From Tricharina praecox (lineage: Eukaryota), in NCBI RefSeq assembly GCF_024521635.1, contig NW_026250411.1:868001-932000 (forward strand): DNA of 64,000 nucleotides, read 5' to 3'. The position numbers and the translations under genes were made by a program. Within the stretch, counting starts at the first letter, position 1. Each line of letters begins with the position of its first letter. The notes beneath the pieces were generated by a model, which saw nothing but the letters and a program-made list of their open reading frames with translations, was not told the DNA's origin and did no database searches. Of the stretch, positions 11,244-21,322 are shown piece by piece.

Positions 11244-11853
11244 CTAATCCACCCACGAACCAGGCATTTTGTACTCCTTCTCCTTCTCCTTCTCCTGCTC
11301 CACCTTCTCCTCCTTCTCTCCTCCTGCCCCATATTAACCATACGGTCCTAGCCGCCCTACCCTTCTTCAACGCACGATACCGGTAGGACTTTTCCTGGCT
11401 GGTGGCCTCATATTTCCTCTCCAGATACATGCAGCGCTGGATTGTCCAGCGCAACTGCTTCTGGCACTCTATGAGCGAGTCGAACATGGCCTGGGTGGCC
11501 TCGGTAGTGGAGGTGTCCGGAGACCTCTTCTCCGGCTTCGGAAACATACCGGTAGGACTTGTCCTGGCTGGCGACCTCGTGCTTCCTCTCCAAATACATG
11601 CAGTGCTGGATTGCCCAGCGCAGCAGCTTCTGCCGCTCCATTCGGTCAGTGCGCAGCTTCTCGTTCTCCGCCATCTCGATCCGCTCGTCGATCGCGCTCT
11701 CGGCCCGAAGGACTGCAGGCGCTCGATGAGCGTGTCGAACATGGTGTCGCTGGTGGCGGTGGCGGGAGACTTCTTCTCCGGCTTCGGCTTCGTCTTCTTG
11801 ACGATGCCTGTGGGCTGCGAAAGCTTGCGCGGCGAGGGGGGTCGCGGCGACAT
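11244..11853 (-). pseudogene. Small-protein family copy 4, rearranged (deletion, internal duplication, frameshifts)
   Basis: The core RW(A/T)IQxCMYLERK…KSYRY occurs twice (~11550-11640 and ~11380-11470). KPEK(K/R)SP…MFD(T/S)LIE is also duplicated. The YKMPGSWVD end is out of frame. Confidence 0.78.
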
Positions 11854-12297
11854 TGTTTATTGTTGTCATCCTTTTTCTTGTTGTCGTCCTCGCTATTGTT
11901 GTCTTCCTCGTTATTGCTGTTGTCCGACAGTTATCGTTGATCGTTTGTATGGAGAGTTGTCTGTGAAGTGTTTGGTGGATGGATGGTGGGAAGGAAAGGG
12001 AAGGGAAGGGAAAGACGTAAGCTGTGGGTTGATGGATTGATGGGGTCGAGAAAAATGAGCCCTAAGCCTTCTAGTTTTGCGAGAGTGGGCGCGCTAGCGT
12101 GAAGCAATTATCAGTAAAATCCAGCTTTGCCTCAATCGTCGGATTACGGCCAACCATAGCAGATCACTCGCTCTGCTCTCGCTTACTCCTCCTCTTTTCA
12201 CCCCCGCCAGGGGGTATCTGGGGTCCGCCGTCGCCGTCGCCATGTCCGAGGTTTGGCTCAGGAGTTCTGGTTTGTCTTCTAGGCCGAGGGGGGATAC

Positions 12298-12460
12298 ACA
12301 CCCTCCAACCTGCGTCCGAGCTCGTGAGAAAACCCAGGACAAACGTACTACAGTCCTCTCTCGCGAGGAGTTCCTTGATCTTGAACCTTTCCTTTTTCCG
12401 GCCCGTGGCTTTCCGGAACCTCATACACAGAGCTTTCTGTTCGTTCTTCCACTGTGGGAT
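12298..12460 (-). mobile_element. Probable non-LTR retrotransposon fragment (ORF2 C-terminal region)
   Basis: Minus strand reads PQWKNEQKALCMRFRKATGRKKERFKIKELLAREDCSTFVLGFLTSSDAGWRV, resembling the W..QQ..LW..VRK.TGR.K.RFKI..LLA.E.CS..VL.FL…DVGR tail of fungal Tad-like LINEs as I recall it. Confidence 0.65.
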
Positions 12461-13317
12461 CTGGGGGCTAGACTCAATTCGTTCGCCTCGACGTTGAAAT
12501 GTCCTCTATTGCTACTTTTATGTTCGTCTGGTCTGTCGTTCAACACACGTGACATCAGGCATTATCACCACCGCAGGCATTATTACTTCAACATCGTGGA
12601 GATACTTTGAGGTTGTTCGGCCTGAAGAACACAGGCCGCTTTCTTTTCTTGTTGTTTTCAGTCTCACCAGTTGCCCGTACCCGTGGGAGGTCTCTCAGTA
12701 CGCATCTTTGACGCCATTGGAGATGTGATCTACCTATTGGACGATAGGATCGTTTAGTAAATGTGAATACTATTGTCTACCGTGGTGAGGGATGTGATAA
12801 GATAAGATACGACGGGAGCAGATGGTAGATTAGATGCAAGATTTGGGGAGTATGATCGGATGACGTTCGAAGAAGGATAACACTAGAGGTGATCGAGTTA
12901 GTCTAGAGTAATTAGAGCAGCCCATGATATGGAGGTCTGAGCGTGAGTTAGAATAACAGCTTCATCATCCTACTCATCTTTCCTGCGTGTCCGCCTCATG
13001 CGTACATCACATACCTTGCGACATGCCGTATAGTTACTCTAGAGTGGGTGGGGCTCTTTTTGCACATGGAGATCATCCGAGCTAGAGTACCTCGAAGCGA
13101 TATTCCAGAATCCATTGAGCTTACCGCGATGCCCATTGGCGCCACTCCGCCCAACGGTCAGCAGTTCGAGCACCACAACACCTCCCTGTTTCCGAAGTCT
13201 GATCGCACGGAATCACTTATTACTCCATACGATATCGAGCACGAATGAACAAGGCAAATAATTCAATTCCGGCGAATCCGGTAACACGTATTATACAATT
13301 ATCATACATCTACACCC

Positions 13318-14330
13318 TCAATCGAGGCTCTCCTCACCCAGTCCCCCAAAGCTGTTTCCCTCCTCTCCGGTGTTGTCTCCACCGAGATGCATCGCCTTCT
13401 TACGCATGTTCAAATCAGCCTCCCTTGCCGGATCTTCCTCACTGCCCATTGCCGTGGTCGTGTTCGTATCCTTGCTGATCTTGCTCCAGTCCACATCCTC
13501 CGCCGACTCGCCCACCTTCCCCGTCTGCTTGACTCCCAATCCCGAAAACGCATTGGGATTGGTCGAGGTGTTCAAGGGCGCCTCTTTTCCGCCGTGTGAC
13601 GAACCACCACCACCGACCGCACCAGCACCACCACCACCACCGCCGCCGTGAGATTTCGCGTGCGACCCCGCGTCACCCTTCTTCTTCGCATCCGAAGTGC
13701 TTGTGTGCTTCCCGTGGGAGCCCGCGCTATGCGTGGAGCCCCTCGCGCCGCTATCGTGCTCCATCTCCGTCTGCGTGCCCTTACCATGGGGTCCGATGCC
13801 GCCGCCCAACGCCGCCTGCTGCGTCTGCTTCCCTCCGCCCAAGGTCCCCGTCTGCCCGGTCTTCCTCTTGACATCGTCGGCGGGCTTTCCGAGGGCCTCG
13901 GCCGTGCGCGACTCCGGCTTCTTGCCGTCGTACGTAGTAACCTTTCCGCCGCCGTGGGGATCCGCCGCGAATGTGCTGCCCGATCCCGTGGACCCGGAGA
14001 TCCCCGCCGAGTTCGGGCCCTTGGCGAAGTCCCCGCCTGAGCGCATCGACTCGGCCGCGAGAGAGTCTTTGGCTACCGGGCCTGCGTGCTCCGCTTTGAT
14101 GTCGTCTGTGTGCTTCGAGCTTACTTTCTTTCCGTGGGTGGGATTGGTCTGGCATCGATGGCGTTAGTCGGGGCTTCGTCTGGTGCAGCGGCAGCAACAG
14201 AAGCGGCGAAGGCGGGCTTGGGATCGGGAGGGAAGGAAATGCTGGCAAAGGGGATGGGGCGGTGCGGCCGGTTCTGGCGGAGGTAGTGTCGCGGCGCATA
14301 GTAGCTGTGATCACTGACTGTGCGGGACAT
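13318..14330 (-). CDS. Gly/Lys/Ser-rich hydrophilic hypothetical protein (~280 aa); join(14330..14319,14148..13318)
   Basis: ATG TCC CGC ACA, then donor GTCAGT; branch CTAAC and CAG acceptor at 14149; phase-0 junction. The motifs GPVAKDSLAAES…GGDF and GSEEDPAR resemble a recurrent ascomycete hypothetical family. Confidence 0.8.
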
Positions 14331-16502
14331 AGTGGCATATATATGCTCGTGAAGGATTGGGGTATGCGCTGTGTGCTTTCTCAAAGAGGAGGGAGTAGTG
14401 TTGATGCGGAAAGAATCGAATACTCGCGGACCCGAGAGGGGTATAAATGGGAAACAGAGAGCTCGGAGAAAGAGGACCATACCTTCTGATGCGGCGACAT
14501 TTTGTCGTTGGATGGTTCGATATCGATATCGGTATATAAGTATAGTGCGCAGAGTAGGTCGAGTATGTACTAGTATGTAGGTGCAGTTCGATGAATCGTA
14601 TGATAGTGGAGTATGTGCTTCAGATATAGGGGGAGAAAATGGAACGATTCCGGCGAGACGGAGCTTCCACCATTTTTATACATACAGGCGGGCGGACCCC
14701 CCGCGAGGACGAGGGCAAAGGATTTCGACACTGTGATGTCACGGTGATTCGTTTCTTACGAGAACGAATCGTGTGTGTACGTGTGTGCCTGGGCATGTGT
14801 GGTTACATCAACGATCATCATCTGTATACTTTGCTCTACAGTTGCGCCCACCGTCCGAGGAATGATTAACGCGGGCTGCGGGTTGGGGGCGTACACGATC
14901 ATCATCGAACTCCGCCACCCCCCCGGCAGAGGCAAAAACCAGAACACATCTCGAAATTCCCTGCGGGAGCAGCAGGGCGGGCAAAGTTGGAGGACGAACG
15001 ATAGTACTAATATACCGGTAGTAGGTACTTTACTCGCTCATCCAACAGAGATGTAGCCAACGCCGGAATCACCAGCCCACAGCCCAAGTTTTTTGTCGCG
15101 GTAAAAAAAACTTATAAAAACTGAACGAGGCAGGCGGACGGGTCGGAAAGATTATATATGAGATACTATATCGAAATCTTCTCGGGTGCCTACGCCTACG
15201 CGAAGAGTTGACCGGGTTGGTGGGTGGCTGATACCTACGGCAGATATGGCTGTGGCGCTCCGCTGGCCAGCCGCCACACATATCCAGGTCCTCCGGGGAA
15301 GTGCACGCCGAGCGAGACATTTTCAGATTTGTAGTTTATGTACATTAATTACACACCTCAGAGGCCTCGGTTTGTAGGTACATAGGTGCAAGGAGGTATT
15401 TTATACCATATGGCATGTCTGCCATTTCCAGTCGTTGGCTTCCGGTCGTTGGCTTCCGCTCCAGCACTCTCGGGCCGATCAGGTACGCCAACAAGTCCTG
15501 CACCGAGGGTGGCGCAGTACTGGTCCGTACCCTGTGTGCCCGGTCACGTGTAGCCTTACATAATACGCGACCGCGGTCCGCAACACCATGCCGTAAAACA
15601 CGCTTGTTGCCCGAGCTATATCGCACCGCGTGTCTATGTAGATAACTACCACGCGATCGATTGCACCGAGCGGCTGCCTACCGATCAGATGTTTGAACTT
15701 CTCGCTCATGGGGGTTTCGATGTCGCGGGCGGGCTGGGCGTTGAACTTTGAAGCATGCAGTCGGTTCTAGGTATGATAGTTAGTACGAGTGTCGGATGAG
15801 AACTGGGGCCACCACAAAGTCTTAGCGAAGAGGAACGGACTACCCGCGCCGATCCATGGGCTGTCCTGGTGTGTGGCTGATTAGCGTTCCGTGGGCACTT
15901 GGGATGGGAGATAGTTAGTCGATCGAATGGGCGCCAACGCGAGCACAGGGGAAGGGGGGGTAAGACAAGGCAATCTACTCTGGAGTATCTCAGTAAACTA
16001 CCCGCCGGGGATTATCCTGCAGCGGACGGTCCGCAGTGCGAGGCTTTTACTATACAGCACTATCAATGGTCGGCCTATGCATGATTAGGTATTCCTGCAG
16101 TATCACGGGGTTGTATCCTCAAGATGTTCCACTAGCCTTTCCGTAATCCAAGCGGGTGGATCCGGCTCGGAACATCAGCGGAGGGGGACTTTGTGCGGTC
16201 GAGAGGCATGTTGTCGGCCTTATGCCTTATGGATGTGTCGTTTGTTCACTGGGTATCACTCGAGCATTCCCGTGGTTGACAGGAGGCCAAGTACTGAATG
16301 AGCTGTTCCTGGCACATTTGTGCTGATTAAGCGCTGCAGAGGCCGGTGTTGCACTGCAGCTACACACTTCTTCATTGCAGGTCAGCTCCACAACGACCTG
16401 TGTTTCTTCCCTCGCAAACGCGACCTCCTGTACGTCTTACAGAGATAGCAAGCAACGCACTATACGGGGCCTTGAATACTACCGGCAGACCCGACAGCTG
16501 TT

Positions 16503-19500
16503 ATGCCACCTGCGGCGCCGCCGGCATCTTCGAAGGCCGCTCGTCCAAGGCGGCCAGAAACCTTCCGGGCCGGCGGAATACGGAGAAGTACCACCACCAC
16601 CGGCGACCTGATTGCAGCGCTTTCCGCAGAACTCACCGACGAGGAGCGAGATATCGAGATCGAGGCCAGCATCGTCCCTTCCTGTGACAGGACAGAGGAC
16701 ACCAACATCGCTCTGCTATGCTTCAAGCCTAATCCTCCCGCGTACTTGAGCCCGCTGTACAACGGAAATAACGATACTACCAAGGTCCTTACCACAGTCG
16801 GCCTCCTGAGCTTCGATAAGAGCTTTTTGGGACTCCCCCAGCTCTACCCCACGCCCCCAAGACGTGAAATCACAGCCGAGTAAGCTGCATTCAAGCCTCA
16901 TATCCGGTTCCGAACGAGCCCTTACGTTGATATATGTACCTAGCATTATCGCGGTGACAGGGCTCGACGGCCATGCTTATGGCTCGTGGCGATCGAAGAC
17001 CGAGCCCGTGATGTGGCTACGCGACTAATTCTCCGAGGACCTTCGGTCCTGTAGAACGACGATCTATGGCTACAACTCAAAGATTGCGGACTACACCTCT
17101 GGACTTTTGAAGAACATCAAGAGGGCCCGGACAAAAAAAGTGGGTGTCCTAGAACTCCAAATGTTGGCACATATAATAACTGTGGTGGACGCCTAGGAAA
17201 GAAAATGGCCAATCATATTCATTGGCCATAGTTTTGGCGGCACACTCATAACCCAAGTAACTAACGACGCGTTTGGAAAACTGCTGAATGGAAATCCTAA
17301 CCGCACAGAGCTTGGTAATTGCATCCGAGGAAAAGTTGCGTGATATTGAGACCTATTCCATATATGAAGCTACACGAGCTTTGATATTCTTCGCCACGCC
17401 ACATCGGGGATTATCGACAGAAGACATCCTCGGCATGGTCGATGCCGAAAAGCAGAACGAAAGAGCCTGTCTGGTGAGATCTATCGACAAAAATTCAGAA
17501 GTTCTCCAGTCGCGGTTGCACGATTTCACCAAATTCGCGTCACGTTTCAGGATATTCAGCTTCTACGAGCAGAAGACGAAGACAAGGACCCGGAAACTAG
17601 TCAAGGCGCGTATCGCAGATCTCGAATTCATGCGATGGGCACGACACTTACGGGCTCCAGGGTCCAAATGGCACTTACGGCAGAACGGGCGACTTCATTG
17701 TCCCGGTTGATGCCGATTCAGCCTTGCTTGGCCTACCGAGGGGAATAGAGACCAGAATTGTGGTCGATGAAGACCATACGACGATAGTCAAGTTCAACGG
17801 CAAACACCGCACGTACAGGCTTACGATTTCGTACTTTTGGGACTTGACGGATGGATGGCTTCTCGACCATGCTGGATACAACCCCAAATATCCCGCAACC
17901 AGTGCAACGGAAGCCCTGCCTTGGGCAATTGGCAGCGGTGACTTGCGACTCGTCAAGTTGCTCCTGAACAACGGCGCCAACCTGAGATTTCCCATGGACG
18001 GCAAGACTTGATTGTTCCTAGCCGCTCAGCACGGGAAAGCAGCCGACTTGGCAGCTCATGTCGGGCACGAAACTACCGTGCGGTTGCTTCTTACTGAGGG
18101 AGCGAAGCTCCTAACAAAACCTAACGACGGACGGACTTCGCTGCACCTTGCAGCCATGAACGGAAACGAGGTCGTACGGCGGTTGCTCGACAAGGGAACG
18201 GAGATCGAGGCCCGGGGTCGTGAAGGCCGGATGCCACTACACCTAGCATCTTCATTCGGTCAAGAAGCTACCGTACGGTTCCTTCTCGAAAAAAGAGTCG
18301 AGATCGAGGCGCGAAGAAAGGATGACGACTGGACGGCACTGCATGTAGCAGATCATTTCGGCCACAAAGCCACCGTGCAGCTGCTTCTCAGCAAGGGGGC
18401 GAAGATCGAAGCTCGACAGAAGGACGCCTGTAGGGCGCTGCACCTGGCGGCTCAAGCCGGACATGTGGCGACTGTGCGGCTGCTTCTGGATAAGGGAGCG
18501 GAGATCAAGGCCCGGGGATACCAAGGCCGGACGGCGCTCTAATTGGCAGCTCAGGAGGGAAAAAAAACTATCGTCTGGTTACTTCTTAACAAAGGTGCCG
18601 AGATCGAGGCGCAGGGAAAGGACAACCAGACAGCCCTGCACCTGGCAGCTCGCTTCGGGCACGAATCCACCGTGCGGCTACTTCTAGATAGTGGAGCGAA
18701 CCTCAAGGCAAGACTTAACGACGGGCGGACGGCACTGCACTTGGCAGCCATGAACGGGCACGAGACCACCATGCGGCAGTTGCTAGGGAAGGGAGCCGAA
18801 GTAGAGACCCAGGGTAACGAAGGCCGGAGGCTGCTACACCTGGCAGCTCAGTTTAGACAAGGAGCCGCCGTGCAGCTACTTCTCGACATGGGAGCGGATA
18901 TTGAGGCGCGGGGGAGAGACCACTGGACGGCGCTGCACCTGGCAGCTCACTTCGGTCACGAAGCCATCGTGCGGCTGCTTCTCGGCAAGGGGGCGGATAT
19001 CGAGGCCTGACAGAAAGATGACTGGACAGCGCTGCACCTGGCAGCTTGATCGGGACGCGAGGCCACCGTACAGCTACTTCTGAACAAAGGAGCAAAGTTC
19101 ATGGCGAGAGGTCCCGCCGGGCGGACATTACACATTGCCGCCATGAAGGGGCACGGGTCGACCGTCCGGCTGTTGCTCAACGAGGGAGCGTATATCGAGG
19201 CTCACAGCAAGGAAGGCTGGACGGCGCTGCATCTAGCCGCCCACTTCGGGCACGAAGTCACCGTGCGGCTGCTCCTCGACATGGGAGCGGAACTGACGGT
19301 AAACCCTCGGGACGGGCGGACGGCGTTGCACCTGGCAGCCATGAATGTGCATGGGTCTACCGTCTAGTTGCTGCTCAATAACGGAGCGGAGATCGAGACA
19401 CGGGACAGGCGAGACCGGACGGCGTTGCACTCGGCGGCTCAGTTCGGGCACGAAGCTACTGTGCAGCATCTTCTCGACAAGCGAGCGCAGATCGAGGCAC

Positions 19501-19661
19501 GGGACAACGACGGCAGGACGTCCCTACACCTGGCAGCTCACTTCGGACATGACGTTACCGTACGTCTGCTTCTCGATAGAGGGGCAAGGCCTATGGGCAA
19601 AACCGGGGAGGGAAATGCTGTCCTACAGCTAGCACAAGAAAGGCGCACGAAGCGGTATTGA
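16503..19661 (+). pseudogene. SesB-like alpha/beta hydrolase fused to ~16-17 ankyrin repeats (NLR-related, no NACHT); six in-frame stops
   Basis: Exons 16503-16879, 16944-17139, 17197-17256, 17309-17605 (GC donor), 17661-19661. Motifs IIAVTGLDGHAYGSW, IIFIGHSFGG, LIFFATPHRG and repeated TALHLAA.FGH…V.LLL..GA. Stops at 17026, 18009, 18540, 19008, 19047 and 19365. Confidence 0.88.
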
Positions 19662-19955
19662 GGCACCTCTATTAAGTGCCTATCAGGCCCGCCCAGTCTA
19701 TACACAATAAGTAAGCGCGCTTTCATACTTCCTAACCAAGTAGCCATCACTGAGAGCGATAAATGATGCAGCCACCAACAGTTGAAGTCCTCCCGGGCGG
19801 CTTGACGACGAAGATAACAGCGATTTCCATCTTTTTACACTGAGTCTGGGAGGGTGGAGACGGGTTGGTGGGCGTGCACATATCGACAGAGTGATGTTTT
19901 TGTATGTACATCAAAGTTTTGCGTGCCTGTCGCTTTTTCTCTGCGATGCATTTTA

Positions 19956-20400
19956 GGGCCCGTTTGGATGGCCTCAGTTTTAGCGAAAACTGTCAGTTTT
20001 TCGAGAAACTGAGCAAACAAAACTGTAACCCCGTTTGGATGGCACAAAAATTTATAAAAAAAAAAACTGAAACTGTGCGGCTCCGGCCATGAAACGGGAA
20101 CTGACCTCTGGAGGTCTTTTCTTCACCACCACTCAGTACCGCATTTTGACTTCAACCATGAACTCCCCTTACGGGGAAGAGAAAAAGCGTGGCTTTGTAC
20201 AATGTGTCTATTATTAAAGTTCTGGCGAAGCCTATTCTTCAGGCTTATGGCTGAGTATACTGAGAACTGCCAAACACTCTGTTCACCTCATGGTTTTCCG
20301 GAAACTGAAACTAGACAGTATTTGGTGTCTCGGCGGGGAACTGAATTTCGCTCTAAAACTGTAACTGAAAACTGAGGCCATCCAAAGTCCAAATGGGCCC
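19956..20400. mobile_element. MITE (~445 bp) with PIF/Harbinger (Tourist)-like terminal inverted repeats
   Basis: Left end GGGCCCGTTTGGATGGCCTCAGTTTT; right end AAAACTGAGGCCATCCAAA(GTCCAAA)TGGGCCC. Flanked by TTA and TAA. An internal CCCGTTTGGATGGC copy lies at ~20030. No ORF. Confidence 0.82.
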
Positions 20401-20583
20401 TAAGGTATCATACTTGGACATTATCTTCTCATTGCCCACTGTTTCTCGCCCCCTGAGACACGAATCGTTGAAAACACGCGGCTGCACAAGGACTGGATAC
20501 ACTTCAACAAACCCATGTGCATTTTCTACTGTGGTTCGAGTCACCATGGTTAATTCATCGAAGCCAATATTAGTTGGAGCACG

Positions 20584-20631
20584 TGATGTCACTCGCCCAT
20601 GATGTCACTCGCCCATGATGTCACTCGCCCA
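20584..20631. repeat. 16-bp tandem repeat x3
   Basis: TGATGTCACTCGCCCA three times, perfect, no spacers. Confidence 0.95.
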
Positions 20632-21322
20632 TGGTGCACTTTAAGAAGCGCCTCAAGACATGGCTGAAGCAATTGGACAGCGGCGCGGAAATGGAGTAGG
20701 TGTGTGTGTGTCTTGCCATCATCTAGAGAGGTCGTGTGCAATCAATGATTAAACTGAAGAAAAAAACCCCTCTGTGAGTGGCTAGAAGGCATGGCCATCG
20801 GCGAGGATTGCATCACGTGTAAACCGACGGCGATATGATATTTCCGTACCGAGACAGAAGAATCAGCAGCAGGTAGAGTGGAGATTTGAGGTGAAGACAA
20901 CCGAAATCCCAACGCCACCGCCATACACGCATCCCACAGTGATTGAACAAAATCCGTCATGAGCTCAAGAATTTTTGGCATTCGTAGCAACGTTGCCAGC
21001 ATTTGTAAAGTGTAAACCGTATGTACGTACACACAAACCGTCTCCCGCCGTAAACCAACGCTTATGAAAACAAGGAAATCGTATCGACGTACCCATCTCA
21101 TATCGTCATAAAGCTGGCCGAAAAGAGTATCTCCGCCTCAACCTGAAGAGAAAAAATCACCTTCCAAAGAGGAAGAGAACCGAAAAAGAAACACATCAAG
21201 CATCGAGAAAAGAAAAGACAAAGACAAAGCAAGTCTGAAAAACAATTCATTACCACCCGAGAACATGAAACAGAAACAATGGAAACAGAACTGAACACAT
21301 TATCGCTCTATTAAAAGGTAGA

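Noticed and set aside
18009..19367. Programmed readthrough or editing of the ankyrin-region stops
   Set aside because: The stops replace His/Arg/Gln-type positions rather than Trp, are of all three types, and a further stop (17026) lies in the hydrolase domain.
20584..20631. CRISPR-like array (also the repeats at 51889 and 56646)
   Set aside because: Direct tandem units without spacers, in a eukaryotic context with no cas genes.
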